DNA of 64,000 nt from Octopus vulgaris (taxonomy: Eukaryota): NCBI GenBank assembly GCA_951406725.2, contig OX597828.1, positions 57,598,001 through 57,662,000 on the forward strand. The letters run 5' to 3'. The position numbers were made by a program, and so were the translations under genes. This document shows positions 26,453 to 40,132 of the stretch, piece after piece. Within the stretch, counting starts at the first letter, position 1; the number at the start of each line of letters is the position of its first letter. The notes below the pieces were generated by a model. The model saw only the letters and a program-made list of their open reading frames with translations, was not told the origin of the DNA and made no database searches.

Positions 26453-27544
26453 GCGAAAGTGAGGAAACGGAAAGAAAAGAAAAGAAGAGATTGTGGCAGT
26501 TAATCAGTGAATGAATAAAACGTGTATGATTCCAAGTTTCAATATAAATTCTTCAAATATTTCAAAATTTATGATATTTTATAAGAACGGCATTTCATTA
26601 GCATCATTGAACGTCCATTTCAATAATAATATATTATTTATACTGAATCCGTTAGCACCATAAATCCTTTATAAAATAAATCAAGTTCATTGTGGGTATT
26701 TCTTATCCTGATATATAATCAGATAAACACCTGCGTGATATATTATATTCATCATTGTTGTAAGAAGAGACATCTTAGATAAATTATGCTTCATATATGC
26801 TTATTCGTACGTGTCTAAACAACTTTGACAGTAAGCTGCCGTGTAGGCTAAATGGTGAACACAGAGTATAAATCTCGACTTGTTAGAAGAGAGCCTCTCC
26901 AGAAACGAACTGCAGTTTATACTTGCTGTAGGTAACTGGAGTCCTTGCTATCTGAACTAACCTTACTAAAGACTCGATGCTGGTCTGCTTCCTGAGATGT
27001 GGCATGTAGAATATCATTGATCAAACTTAAGTGCCAATCAATTAACTTCAGCTATGAGTCAAGTAGTCTCATTACTTTGTGAATGCCGAACAAATCACAA
27101 TCCTAAATGAAACAATCTCTAAAGGAGATATTAGAGTCTCAAAGGTAATAGAATTTGTATATTCGGCAGGTCTTTTAAGTAATTCCTGCAACGAAAATGG
27201 CAACGGATGCGATATCTTTGCTTTCATCTGAAATTTACCTATGAGATGTAGAAAAAAGCTCTGCTGCGCGACCAATCCAAGATACCCAAAGAACTTCTTG
27301 ATCCCACCTCTTCCTATTTTCTGTTTTGCCCAAAATCAAATCATCGTTCGTATGGTACTTAATATAGACGGATGATAAGGTGTGAGACGTATCCTCATAT
27401 ACACCTCGTACACGCATACTTAATTGTCAATATGTTACTGGCTTAAAATCAATCAGAGGGGTTTTATTTCTTTCAGATAGTCTATGAATGATTAAAAAAA
27501 GAAGATACAGACATTGTTATCATATGTACGGAAAAGAGCGATTT

Positions 27545-27765
27545 AGAAATTGGTTTCAAATTTTGGTACTAGGCCAACAATTTCAGGGTAAGCGGTCAGT
27601 CATTTAAATCAACCCCGATACTTGAATAATATTTATTTCATCAACTTCAATATAATAGGCGGCTAATTCGAACTCGGTGGAATTTGAACTCACAACATGA
27701 AGTCGGACGAAATGCCATTAAGCAATTTGCCCGTTGTGCTAACGATTCTGCCAGTTCGCCGCCGA
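27545..27765 (-). mobile_element. Diverged SINE family C
   Basis: ggaatttgaactcacaac...gctaacgattctgccagttcgccgcc. Confidence 0.75.
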
Positions 27766-27859
27766 AACTACTTTCTAAATATTACAAGACCTTTTTATAC
27801 ACAAAGTTCGGGTGGGGCTGAAACATCTGGCGATAATGTTACAATTGTATCCAAAAGAA

Positions 27860-28810
27860 CAAAAAAACATTTAACGTTTGGACAATATAAGCATGCTGTA
27901 ATTCATCCAACGGTTTGGTAATATTATCGATCATGATCACGGAAAATCAGTGAGAACCATCGCAAAGAGATTGAGTCGTGAGAGTGGACTCTCAAAACTG
28001 TGGCACATGGGGACATTCAATACATATTGAATGTACTGCGAGGAGACCATTTCATATCTACAAAGACAAAGAAAGTCCGTTTGATCAGCGCCAAGTGGTT
28101 GCTTAAACAAGGTTAAAAACCCTCACGTACATAACATGCTTTGGTTTTTCTCTAATGAAATAACTTCGATTAAAGCCGCATGTCTAATTAGAGAACTAAC
28201 AGATTCAGAACTCTTTGATATTTCCTGAGTGAAGCATACTAAATTTCAAACACCTATGGTGGTTTTAGGAATAGTAAGTTACAAATATAAAAAAAAACAT
28301 GTTTTACCATCTTGCATTTTTACACAGGGTCTTAGAATTAATGCTGGTAGATACGTTGAGGTTCTGGAGATATTCTTGAGCCTTAGATGGATCAAATACG
28401 CAGTGAAAGGGCATACGTATTTCAACAAGACGGAGCATCTTCTCACAAAGCCCACATGACAGAAGGATTGATGTCTGACAACCTGTACGATCTTGTAGCA
28501 TCACACTTGTGGCCTCAGATCTCGTTAGATTAAAATCTCATTAAAACTGTTTCTTTTCGAACTTCGTTGGTCCAGGTGATATATGAAATCAATAAGAATC
28601 ATTTAGTGTACGGGTGTCAATGATTTCCGTCCCACACTGGAGCAGTGGTCGAAGCCGAAGGAGTATTCATAGAATAATCGTATACGAAAGTTTATTGAGA
28701 ATGATTGCACAGATTTGTACGAAATACATTTGTTTTTGTTTTTTCTTTTTATTTGATTACAGTTTATAAAATTCCGAAGTTTGTCCCCAAATACGTCTCG
28801 CACACAGTAG
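27860..28810 (+). mobile_element. Tc1/mariner-superfamily (maT/DD37D-like) transposase fossil
   Basis: KHTKFQTPMVVLGIVS, IFTQGLRINAGRYVEVLE, YVFQQDGASSHKA, LWP. Confidence 0.7.
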
Positions 28811-28829
28811 TTAGTATTAAGGTATAAGA

Positions 28830-28990
28830 TGTGAGCTTCTTTGATTTAGGTGCAGCGTTCAATACAATTGACCTCAACATATTGACCTCAATATTGTTAC
28901 GTATAGTCTCCAGTCACATTTTGGTTTCCATCGTATGAGTTTTTCTTTGGTTCTCTTCTTAACTTTAAAGGAGATCGCTGGGTTATACGT
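28830..28990 (+). mobile_element. CR1/L2-like RT fragment
   Basis: FDLGAAFNTIDLNIL resembles the RT motif DLSAAFDTIDH, followed by FG...WF. Confidence 0.5.
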
Positions 28991-29037
28991 GTTGATTCCT
29001 CTTGTAAAAGATAAAAATACCTAGCTCATTATTCTAA

Positions 29038-30222
29038 TCACCTTAATATATATTAAACTGAGAATGTGTGTCTGTCTGTCTGTCTGTCAGTGTGTTTCCC
29101 TAAAACTTGAGAACTACACAACGAATTTCATTCAAATTTTACACATGCCTTACTTAGGGTCCGCGGAGTGTCATCGGCAAAATATTTTTTAACTTTTTGC
29201 CTAGCGTGAGCCCACAGCACTATCATATCTTCTCTACTACGATTCCCTAAAACTTGAGAACTACACAACCAATTCCATTCAAATTTTACACATGCCTTAC
29301 TTAGGGTCCATGTAGTTTCATGGGCAAAAAAATGTTCAACTTCTTGCCTAGAGCGAGCCCATAGCAATATCATATCTTCTCCACTATTTCAGTATTACGT
29401 GTTAAAAGTGAAACAAAAACATTTCTCTATTTTATGTCACATACTTTCACTTTAACAATAAAAATAATAATAACAATTGAATTATATGTAGTAAGTAATA
29501 ATTAAAATCAAACTAAAGTATAATATAATCATAACATAAAAAAAAGTAAAAATAGCAATTGGTATAAAATTGCATGAATGATTTGAACTTGAATAAGTGG
29601 TTTCACATGAATGGGAATAAATTAAAAATAAAATTAGCGTGCAGAAATGGAATAGTCCAGAAGGATAATAAAAAATTAAATTAAAGAAAAGACTATTGTC
29701 TATAAAATATACAATGTAGAGAAAAAAGATTTGAACATATGGAGGAAAGCACCTTCGAAAAGTGTCTTGGTGCGACTATGAAAGGTATCTAATCAGAGGC
29801 GGTAAATTCGCCACAATAGAAGCAAGGTTCGAGTCAACGGAGTGTGCAAGGGAGTACTCGACACGAACTTGCAAAGTGGAAATTTATTATATATTTACCT
29901 TTATATCTGGGACGTAGGACGTCCCGGAAAACAATTTTAAATGCAAGAAGTAGAGGTAGGCTGGATTGTAGCCACACTTCTATAAAAGAGGAAGGACAAG
30001 ATACAATTGATTGAAATTACAAGAGACGGGCTAACAATTCCAGTCTGTTATATATTTTGAGCATTGTTATCACTAGCGATATCAAGATATAACTTTGTAT
30101 TTTGTATTTTATGTGTAGATATATATATATATATAGATGTACATGAATTATGTACACATATATATACACATATACATATGCACTAGCACTATGACCCGGC
30201 AACGACGGGTTTTTAATGCTAG
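29038..30222 (+). mobile_element. Non-autonomous Helitron with internal ~170-bp tandem duplication
   Basis: (GTCT)n near the 5' end; 3' hairpin acccggcaacgacgggt followed by CTAG|T at 30219-30222; duplicated unit 29095-29260 / 29263-29390. Confidence 0.75.
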
Positions 30223-30839
30223 TAATATATAACTCCACCAAACATGGTTAACAGTTATAGGTTAAAACATCAGATTTATGAAGCTGACATGTCTTTATAC
30301 GTTTCCTTCTATAGTCACAATATATAGGTGGTCATCTACTTACTACCATAATTGGTTCCAACTGACTGGTCGTAAGTCGATTTGGTTGTATATAGGACTA
30401 TATAGCTTTGTTTTATAGTTTTAATTTCTTAAGATACATTCTCAGGTAAAAATCACCCTCAGAATTCTCTATTATACTATTACTTGCTGGGCTCTGTGCC
30501 ATCAAACATGCCGGCTAATTGTAATATAATATTTTATATATAAATAAGATACAAAATAAGGTACATAATAATCACAAATAAAAAACATCCACGTACTTCC
30601 CTTGTACACGCACACACATACGCGCATATACTTAAACAGAATTGAAACGCTGTATGATTTTTCTTTTCAGCGTTGAATGTTCACCATCCCACATCCATTG
30701 CACACACACAGACACACATACACATAAACACACACACACTGTCATACAAACACACACACACACACACACAAATGTTCATATGACTCCCTTTTACATACAC
30801 ACACATATACTCAGGCAGAGTTGAAACGCTGTTTGATTT

Positions 30840-31250
30840 TTTTCCTGCGAGGTTTCAGTGAGAAGTCTAGAAAGTTCTTTAGGCAGTGGGTTTCACATTC
30901 TGGGCTAGCTATAATAGATCTCAACCTTAAATCTTCTGGTGCTTGAATATTGTTGAAAGGACGCAAGATCTTTCAGTGGTACTTGTTGTTTATTGTTTTC
31001 AACTTTTTACTAGACGGTATTGCTTTCTAACATGGACACTGCTAGGTTTTTGTAGTAGTCTGTGTCCATCAGAACTACAACATTTCCTTTGTTGGTTTCT
31101 CTTATTATCACTTTTTGTCGGTTTGCAATACAATTAGGTTTTTCCATTCTATATTGTTGAGGTTTGTGTTAATTTAAGATATGGCCACAAATATCATCTA
31201 GTGTTTTATTCCCACCTTCAGGTGGAAGATAATTGCTTTCGCTTTTGACC
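30840..31250 (-). mobile_element. Penelope-like element RT fragment
   Basis: VIIRETNKGNVVVLMDTDYYK (DKG motif region) and PEDLRLRSIIASPECETHCLKNFLDFSLKP (RPI motif region). Confidence 0.8.
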
Positions 31251-31344
31251 ACCAATTCAACCTTTTGGTGTAATCATTTGATGCTTAACTGCGTTATTAC
31301 AGAATTAAGTATCGACTGATTGCAACAAGGATGAATCCCTGGCT

Positions 31345-31560
31345 AGAAGCAAAAGCAATTATTTTCCTCCTAAAAGCAGGAATAAAACACTAGATAACAT
31401 CTGCAACAATATCTTGAATTAACACAAACCTAAACAATATAGAATGGAAAAATCTAATTCAAATGCAAAACGTTAAACAACTGACAATCAGAGAAATGGA
31501 AAAATGAAGTTCATTACTGTAATGGATTTGCGAATTACTATAAACGCCTGCGAACTATTA
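31345..31560 (+). mobile_element. Inverted diverged copy of the same PLE RT segment
   Basis: aaagcaattattttcctcctaaaagcaggaataaaacactagat...aattaacacaaacctaaacaatatagaatggaaaaa is the reverse complement of ~31075-31245. Confidence 0.8.
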
Positions 31561-31640
31561 TAAACGCATGCACCATACCAACAACATTCTGCTACACACA
31601 GTAGCGAAATGTACATGTTATAACACTGTAACATATTGTG

Positions 31641-31744
31641 TAGCCTGATGAGGTTCCCCTCAGTGCTGTGGGGAGCATTCGATTTCATTATACTGTTTCC
31701 CACCCACAAGCGAGCAATGCAGATGAAAGCCGAAACTAGTGTTG
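31641..31744 (+). ncRNA. Hammerhead motif with long stem II, cleavage-site nucleotide apparently deleted
   Basis: tagc-CTGATGA-ggtt...agcc-GAAA-ctagt-gttg; palindromic ACTAGT stem III. Confidence 0.55.
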
Positions 31745-31787
31745 TTCCAAAGAAAGTTTACAGTACACTCCGTCTTCCCTATCAATT

Positions 31788-32010
31788 AGCTGGCAGAAAC
31801 GTGAGCACGCCGGGCGAAATGCGAAGCCGTATTTCGTTTGCCGTTACATTCTAAGTTCATATTCCGCCGAGGTCGACTTTGCCTTTCATCCTTTCGGGGT
31901 CGATAAATTAAGTACCAGTTACGCACTAGGGTCAATATAATCGACTTAAACCGTTTGTCTGTTCTTGTTTGTCCCCTCTGTGTTTAGCCCCTTGTGGGCA
32001 ATAAAGAAAT
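31788..32010 (+). mobile_element. SINE family C
   Basis: agctggcagaaacgtgagcacgccgggcgaaatg...gccgaggtcgactttgcctttcatcctttcggggtcgataaattaagtaccag. Confidence 0.9.
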
Positions 32011-33354
32011 ATATATATACATAAACACACATACCGCTATACATACACACACGCACATACACACACACACACACATATCGACTCAATAACAAAGAACATC
32101 TCAACCACTACCAACTAATCCTCTTCTCCCAAGCGTAGAAACCAAATCCAGTTCCAGATATTTAAGCCGACTTTTTCGGATGAATTCCTAATCTCCAAGC
32201 ATAAAGGACAGTTCAGCCTATTCAACGTAGTTAACAAATTCACGCAGTAAATTTATTTATATTGTTCTTACTACAATTCAATTGTCAGAATGTACTTAGA
32301 ATAGTTGACATAAGTTATCTAACCTTCTAACAATAGATGAAAGATAGGCTCCGATAGTCTTGATTTTTATCTTAAGGAAGATATTTATGTCCAATGGTCA
32401 GTGGTTAGAGAAACAATGTCAGGTCAGCCTACTAATTAATTAAAAGTGATGGCACAATATGTCGGCTTAATCTTCGCAAATGGGCAAGGCGTTGGGTAGT
32501 AATAAGGGAGTGAGTGACAGGAAGGGGATGATAATGAAAAGAAGGAGATAGAGGAGGCTGAATTTACTTAAATTCATTACCGCATTAAAAAAAATGAAAT
32601 ACAATGGAATAAAATTTTAAAATAAAATAAAATAGGGCTGGCAATCAGATCCACTATAGAGAAGAGTACTATCATAATTTAGCATAGTTAAAATGTTATA
32701 GCAGTACGATAAATTTAGGAATTAGATATATTTGACATTATTATAAGAAGGTGAGGAAACATTATCTAAAAATATATAAAGGAGTGTATTAGATATAAAA
32801 ATTTAGAATTTAGGCCCATAAGCTAATAAGGAATATAATGTATTTAAAAAATAACGTTATAAACCTAAAATATACGACGAAGTATATATAATATAAACAG
32901 TAAAAAATATATAATCTTTAAAGAAATACATAAAAGGATATATAAAATATATAAAAGAATATATTAAAAATATAAAGAAATATAAAATATATAAATGTAT
33001 AAAATCTAGGAAAATAAAAAGTAAAATACGAAAAATATCAGAAACATATGGAAAATATTATAAAAATATTTAAAAATTATATAAATAATTATGAAGGTAA
33101 ATACGTATAGGTATATATAGCAGAAACACCATCCCACTTTATCTACACATTCAAAATAGTTTGCCAACGGTCATTCAACATCAACACACCTCGATAAACT
33201 CAGTGACTGCTAATAAATTTAGGTCTCCACATTTACATATCACCTGAGGAAACACAACTAGATCTCATGCACGGAAAACCACATAACGTAAAAACAATTG
33301 TAGTGATTGAAAAGAAATGTCCAACCATACTCCTTGTTGACTCCTATATAGTTC

Positions 33355-34225
33355 CTACAGAAGACCATTGAGGCCCGGCGCCTTACCACCACTGCAGTCC
33401 GCTATAACCTTTATCACCTCCTCAAGTGAGATCAACCCTTCACAGCTCTCCGCATCCTGCCTCGAGAGACGCGGCAGCCCGGCGGGGAAGTCCGTAAAGC
33501 CTATCCTACTATCCGGTTCATGCCCACTCCCGAAAAGCTCCTGAAAGTGCTCCTGAAAAGCCTTACACATCTCCTCAGGTTCACCACGACTTAGTAGATC
33601 CCGGAACGCAACATTTGGTCTCCTATCAGAAATCGAGCCAACACTATCCACGCGTGCATCGAGAATACTGTTAAAGTCTCCTAACACAACTAATGAACGC
33701 GATGTACCGAGAAATTTCTCCAAATCTTGATGATAATCAGTCTGTCCCAGGTTGGGTGCATAAACAGCAAACAGTCTGATTTCCTTACCACAAATCCAAG
33801 ACGACTAGCCTACCTTCTGGATCAGAAAAAAAATCAACTTTTTCTCTGAAATCGGCTTCTTCTTAGTAGGACCAACACCCCACCTCCACTCGTTGGCCGG
33901 CCAGGAGAAGTGAATTTAAGGTGAAAGGTGAAAACAAAATCCCCAAATTAGGGTCAGAGATGAAGATGCCTGATCTAAACCCTCTCATTCTTGTCTTCCA
34001 TATCACCTGTTTTGTGGTTGGTACTACAGACAGGAAACAATTATTACCTTCTTTCGTTAAGAAATCCGGCGGGTTAATTTTTACTATAGATTCAGTCGAC
34101 AGCTGTACTCTTCCTCCACTTGACAACAGTTCTTCGGCGTAAACACACACGTCTGACACCTCCGGACACTGAACAATTGCGTGTGGAACGGTTTCCCTGT
34201 CCCGCTCACATCTTGGACAGATCTT
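33355..34225 (-). mobile_element. Rearranged L1/Tx1-clade LINE ORF2 fragments
   Basis: CPRCERDRETVPHAIVQC (C-terminal knuckle); GGGVLVL..DPEGRLVVLD, VYAPN, VVLGDFN (APE); GKAPGLNGL (RT domain 0). Confidence 0.85.
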
Positions 34226-35209
34226 TAGAATAGCTTTCTACAAATGTTACAGATAAGTCAACATTTTAAAAATATTTATGTAGTCCTTAGGTAGCAACTT
34301 TTGTTTCTTGTTTGCTTACCCACAGAATGTATGAAAAATTACTTACATTTCCTTCAAACTTTGCCTCTGTTATATTTATTCAAAACCCAAATGATCCCTC
34401 TGGACACATGGATATGGTGCTCTCCTACTCCTCAGTGATGACATTATTATCACCAAGAGACATATTGAAGTGATAAGGGTCAAGCAACTGACAATCAAAT
34501 CTGTGGTATTTAACAAAATATTTGCTATAACGATACTTTGCTTCAACAATGCAGCATTGAATCTATCTAAAAGATAAAGAATAATAAGTCGGTTTTAAAA
34601 CATTGACGTCCAGGTCACGAAAGCAAAGTTTGAAGGGATTAATAGTCATTTCCATAACACTTATTGACCAAAAACAAATAAAATGTTACAGAATGTAATT
34701 TGTTGATTCAATAATTAGTTTTAGAAGCGAGTAATCCAATTTATCATCCTTTCTTTAGGAGCTATTTCATATAGTACTGATAATAATGAGTAGAAATACA
34801 CCTTAATTAATAGATCATATTATACTAATATATTTTGTGATTAAGTGTTTCATTTTGTAATATACATCAATATTAATTGAGTCAAGCAGATTAATTCTTT
34901 ATGTACATTATCACAGTATTGGTATAATACATAATGATAAATTACCTGATGATTGATAATTATTGATTAATTAGCTGACGATTGATCATTATTGACTATG
35001 TGAACAAAAAGACGATATTCAATACGTTAATTGATATTTGTAAGGGCGTTTGTGTAAAACTATTATAGAATAGAATGTTTCGTTAGCTTCTCTTCATCAT
35101 TAACCAATTAATTAAGCAGGTAATTTGCGTGATCCAACTTGAATATGCGAGAAGACAAAAATGTAAGCTGGCTGGCCCATGTTGTAAATGGATATTTCAG
35201 AGAGAATAA

Positions 35210-35325
35210 AAGCGTGGCGGTATGGTGCCAAGTTTGCTTTCCAACCACATGGCTTTGAACTCACACTGCATGGCACTTTGGGCAAGGGTTGGCTACTATA
35301 GCTTCGGGTCAACCAAAGCTTTGTA
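35210..35325 (+). mobile_element. 5' fragment of SINE family B followed by (GATA)n/(GGTA)n to 35590
   Basis: ccaaccacatgg...cactgcatggcactttgggcaagg. Confidence 0.65.
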
Positions 35326-35338
35326 GATAGATAAATAT

Positions 35339-35386
<48 letters not shown>

Positions 35387-35488
35387 GTAGATAGATAGGT
35401 AGATAGATAGGTAGATAGGTAGATAGATAGATAGGTAGATAGGTAGGTAGGTAGGTAGGTAGGTAGGTAGATAGATAGGTGGATAGAC

Positions 35489-35575
<87 letters not shown>

Positions 35576-37150
35576 CAGAGAGACAGATACATGGTGTGGA
35601 CGGTATTTGAGGACACATTTATGGTTTTAAAAAATACAAAGACAAAACAGCTGTATTTGTTTTATAAAAATAGCATAAACATAAAGCTAAATTAGCAAGT
35701 TAATAATTCCATTCAATAAAACCACCCTAAGCACCAATAACAGCGTCTATGTGGGTCGAAATAGTTTACACTGGTAATAAATTATACTCATTTTTTACCC
35801 TTATGATTTACAGTAAAACCTCCCATTCTGAGGTTTATCGTACGCGGTTGGTAAAACTTAATTATTTGCTGCTGCATATGTAAATGCGCCTGCGCGCTTG
35901 ATTTGAAACCTTAATATTATAAGGATGTAGTAGCTCGCACGTGTTTTTGGGCAGGGGTAGCTAACTTTAACGATATGAGCGCATAAAATGTTATTGCATT
36001 TATGCGTTGCTAGTAAGTTGTGTCGAAATAATATTACAAAATACTAAGGTATATTCGTGCTAAAATACGAGATCTGTAGTGGATTAAACTATGATACATC
36101 CCCTATGCTATGTTAGTCCTGAATAGCAAAGGGTAGGTTTCCATATATATCTTAACATTATTCTGTCGCCGCTGCCAGCCAGTAGATCGCTTAGCGTCTC
36201 TCTTTCCAAGGTTAGATCGTTGACTCTTCAACATATAACAACTGTGTGATTACTAATTGTTGCGCAGACTGAGATTTTGTTTATGCTATTGTCTGGCAGA
36301 ATCGTTGCAAGGATATGCGTATATTTACGAATGAAAGAAAGATCTCTCGAAACTTACACTCTCAACCATAACCATAAATTTAGTGAAAGACAAATGATCT
36401 ACTTTATTAAAGTCATAAAATTGTAATCACTAAATTGAATTAGCCATTTCTTTCGTGGTGGTGGGTGGGGGTTGAAATTTGGCAATGTGATATCTTGCTT
36501 AAATTTATAAATCATGAGAAATCGGTGCTGGCTCGTGGACATGACACTTGTGATTTTAAAATATACTGTTAAGCAATCTCTTTATACGGACAATGTTCTT
36601 AACTCCCCTCAAGGCATTTAAAATATGAAATTATTTCTTTCATAAATATTTTTATAGACATTTAATTCTCACTCGGCTTTAAATACTTAGCAGACATGAC
36701 GACGTCTTGTTCTGTTTTAATGCAATTATATAATACATTCATTAAGAAAGTATTATTCTCATGGTATGACAATTAGTAAAACAAACTAAGTAATAACTTA
36801 CAATTAGAGTTTTATAATAGACTAAATCTCTACACACTTTGGCACTGATTGCAACTCTGCTCACTTCACTTTCAAATCACCCGTAGCACCATTACCATTA
36901 AGTCATTCACCAGCATTTAACAATATAAGGATGATATAGTGGTAGTTTTAGATGTTTGGAAAATCAAAATGAACAATTTCTTCCTTCTATTCAAAACCAC
37001 AAGGGGTGAAATAGATTGCTTCATGATAATATATAATGGGATCTACGCTATCAAATTCAAAAGGATGTTGATAGACGCGTCTAAACAAAATAACTTCTCT
37101 CGCCTGGTATTCTATCAAATTTTATCATTTTTGCTCCCGTGATTCCACCC

Positions 37151-37212
<62 letters not shown>

Positions 37213-37442
37213 TTATCTATCTATAAACCTATATAACTATCTCTCTCCCTCCCCTCTCTCTCTATATATATATATATAAATTTGATATATATATACTTAT
37301 ATATATATATATTATTTGATATTATGTTATATTATATTATATTATATTATATTATATTATATTAGAGGAAAACTCAGAACCAAGGCAGAACGAATATCTC
37401 AAGTCATTTAGAATAATTTAACTAGGGTAAGGTGAATTTGAA

Positions 37443-37518
37443 GTCTTACAGCTGTTTCTGGGATAACCTAAGTGGTTAGTTGGCATTTACGTGTACTGGG
37501 TATTCCGTCATCAGAGAC
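37443..37518 (-). ncRNA. Type-I hammerhead ribozyme
   Basis: gtct-CTGATGA-(stem II)-GAAA-cagct-GTA-agac; stem I gtct/agac; palindromic ACAGCTGT. Confidence 0.85.
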
Positions 37519-37766
37519 AGTGTATGAAATTTTAGACGGGGAAAACGTACAGCTTACAAGGAATAACATTCATAGATTATAAGGAATAAAATAAAAGGAT
37601 AAAGTAGTAACATAGAAGAATAAAGTTTAAAAGTAGTTAAAAGAATATAGGCAGGAGAATAATATTCACAACGCATCTTTTTCCAGAGGATATGGAAGTA
37701 CCGACCTATATGCCTATCCTCTGGAAAAAAATGAGTTGTGAACATTGTTCTGTTGCCTATATTCTT

Positions 37767-37842
37767 GTCTCTGATGACGGAATATCCAGTGCACGGATAA
37801 GCTGACCAACCACTTGGGTTAGCCCAGAAACAGCTGTAAGAC
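37767..37842 (+). ncRNA. Type-I hammerhead ribozyme
   Basis: gtct-CTGATGA-(stem II)-GAAA-cagct-GTA-agac; identical core, diverged stem II. Confidence 0.85.
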
Positions 37843-38969
37843 TTCATATTCACATTACCTTAAATAAATTCTTCTAAATGACTTGAGATACTCGTTCTGC
37901 CATCGCTTCGATTTTTCCTTCAATATAATATATACATGCTACAACGGAAACCTAATACGGATCCCTAGATCTACCCTTAGCTGTGGTCTTGGAACCTAAT
38001 GGTCGACCAGCTATAGCACTAATCCAGTGTAGATATTCGTTTAGATCACAATTGAAGCAGATAATGTTTATCCGTGGGAAGAAAAGCCTACGGAAAAGAC
38101 CACGTTAACCTCGGTCAATATTGTTACATGTTACCACATTTGTTTGCAAGTGGGTAACCCTCTGTTTTCAATTTCCGGGTTCATAGGATTATTCTCAAGG
38201 TGGCTTCGTCATTCATACATGCCATCCTTCCTACGCGCGCACACATATCAATATCAGTGTGTATCAATATTTATTTCATGGTAAACTGAATATAGAATTT
38301 CAAAATTAAGATAACATTACTATGGTCTGCATTTTAGTCATACCAAATCTATTGATAGAAGTAATAGGACAACATTTTGGCAAGTATGTATGAAATTTTG
38401 TATGCTAAATCAATAAAAAAAATATAAAGTCACTTTAAACATTTCAGCGAGCACTGCAATTAAAACGCTAAAGAAAAATTAATATAATTTTGAGTTTTAC
38501 TTGATTAAATTTGTTAAAGATTTTTGCAAGGTTCATGGATATTAACCTGAAGACCTTTTATATTTATGTGTTGTTAGTGTTTGTTAATTGCTAAAACTTG
38601 GATTCTCCGTACATGGGTCAAGGAAAACGTTAATTAACTTCAGAAATTTTGATCTAGTTCTAAAAATAACTATATTGCACAAATTAAAACAAAAATTAAC
38701 AGAAATGCTGTAAGCATAATAAGCGTTGGAATTGACGAATGGTTAAGAAATTTCATTTAAAATCATAATTTTAGTGCGTAGAATATTAAGCGTATATATC
38801 AAGTTTTGAATCAATTCAAAATTTTTTACAATTATGTTTGTGGAGATATGTAGATTGAATTTTTCTTTCAGGAATATACACACATAACTTCTTACTCTCT
38901 TTCGCCAAGATGCACATCTCCACATGCATCTAACCTCTGCACAGGTGTATGCATGTATGTATGTATGTA

Positions 38970-39041
<72 letters not shown>

Positions 39042-39191
39042 TATATGCATGTCTGTATGTATACATATGTCTATATATATATATATAGACATATAGGGAG
39101 AGTTTACGAAAAAACAAGGAGAGAAAAGAAAGTGTGTAGTTGCTAACGATCTATCATGGCGACTGATAGACATATATAGACATATATATAC

Positions 39192-39258
<67 letters not shown>

Positions 39259-40048
39259 GAAAGCGATATGTATATACATATACATATATAAACATACGGA
39301 CATGATTGCATGTCCATGTCTTGTTTCTTTATGCTTTTGTATTCATTAATGTGGGGATGTAAAGTGTCGTGGTTTTTACATATACATATGTGTGTGTGCA
39401 TGTGCGTGTATGTATAGGCACCTGTACTCGAAGGCATACCTACGCACATGCTTACTCTCACGCACACCCGTTTCCTCATTCATGCATTTTCCTCTCACTC
39501 GCCTTTCCACATTGCCAGGTATGTGAATAAAAATACATGTGTTAAGGAATGGAGTAGAAAAGATCCGGGCTCAGAAGTGGTAAATATCCAAGCCTAGGAT
39601 ACTTTCATTAAATGAAAGATTACATTGTCGCAAGAAGATACATGTTAACTCATGGACAATTCAATCAGAATATGTAGAGAGTACAGCAGGAGAGATGAAT
39701 ATAATTGTACTCCATTTTGTATTCTTTTACTTGTCATTTAATTCTGGCCATACTGGGGTATTATCTTAATGGTCGAAGATATCGTCCTCGTAACTTATTC
39801 TTTGTAAGCCTAGTACTTATTCATTAGGTTTCTTTTACCTAACACACCAGCATCAGTTGTCAAGAGATGGCAGTGGAAGAAACACACACACACAAAAGTA
39901 TATACAAACATACATACATATATATGTATATTGATTCAAATGAATACGGTACTTAAGTTAGATGCACCAGAATTTTGTATGGTGTTATCCATATAAATCC
40001 ATGGGGTGATTATAATCAAAATAAGCAACAAGAATAACTTCGGTAATT

Positions 40049-40132
40049 TGGTACGATCGTTTCACGCTACATCATTTTATTAAATGTTGTAAGTATTACA
40101 ACGGTTTTAAAATGTTGAGCAATCATCAGCCA
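40049..40132 (-). ncRNA. Type-I hammerhead ribozyme in a PLE-like terminal repeat starting ~39930
   Basis: tgg-CTGATGA-(long stem II)-GAAA-cgatc-GTA-cca; palindromic ACGATCGT. Confidence 0.8.

Larger units (their letters stand above)
37365..37925. mobile_element. Inverted PLE-type terminal repeats with nested inner hairpin
   Basis: 37365-37520 is the reverse complement of 37765-37925; inner hairpin 37641-37766; one hammerhead per arm. Confidence 0.85.

Noticed and set aside
32850-33110. Extremely A/T-rich quasi-repeat
   Set aside because: Low-complexity sequence with no consistent unit
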